This document shows, in pieces, positions 63,851-64,000 of a stretch of 64,000 bases of DNA; position 1 is the first letter of the stretch; each line of letters begins with the position of its first letter. The stretch spans positions 24,988,001-25,052,000 of the forward strand of contig NC_086097.1 in assembly GCF_963921235.1 (NCBI RefSeq). The letters are read 5' to 3'. The position numbers and the translations under genes are program-made. The DNA is from Mobula hypostoma. Its lineage: Eukaryota. The notes beneath the pieces were generated by a model. That model did not search any database and was not told where the DNA came from. It was given only the letters and a program-made list of their open reading frames with translations.

Positions 63851-64000
63851 TCACCACATTGCCTCATGTTCCCCTTAAACTTTTCACCTTCACCCTTAAC
63901 CCATAATCTTTCATTGTAATCTCACCCAGCCTTAGTGGAAAAAGCCTGCATGCATTTACCCTATCTATACCCATCATAATTTTGCATACCTCTATCAAAT

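Overview
Eukaryotic (vertebrate) genomic DNA, most of it transposon-derived. The repeat mix (CR1 LINEs, V-SINE/HE1-like SINEs, Rex1/Babar, Penelope fold-backs, Charlie hAT, Tc1, Gypsy) suggests a cartilaginous fish, probably a ray; this is an inference. One intact host gene is visible: a minus-strand, intronless type II iodothyronine deiodinase (DIO2)-like selenoprotein gene at 20339-19587 (250 aa, in-frame TGA = Sec121). The ORF track splits it into two ORFs. A whole transcription unit can be read from the sequence: AP-1 site, CRE-like site, TATA box, a 5'UTR uORF, a Kozak ATG, a form-2 SECIS about 1.4 kb downstream, and AATAAA. The protein lacks the canonical DIO2 intron, most of the instability loop and both ubiquitin-acceptor lysines, so it may be a distinct, degradation-resistant DIO2 paralogue. 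Second highlight: a Gypsy LTR element (about 50480-58410) whose RT/RNaseH/IN region is replaced by a spliced RBM25 mRNA fragment, buried under several nested insertions. Penelope-derived hairpins carrying minimal hammerhead ribozyme motifs also occur. All comparisons to human DIO2/RBM25 and to TE families are from recall and need alignment to confirm.
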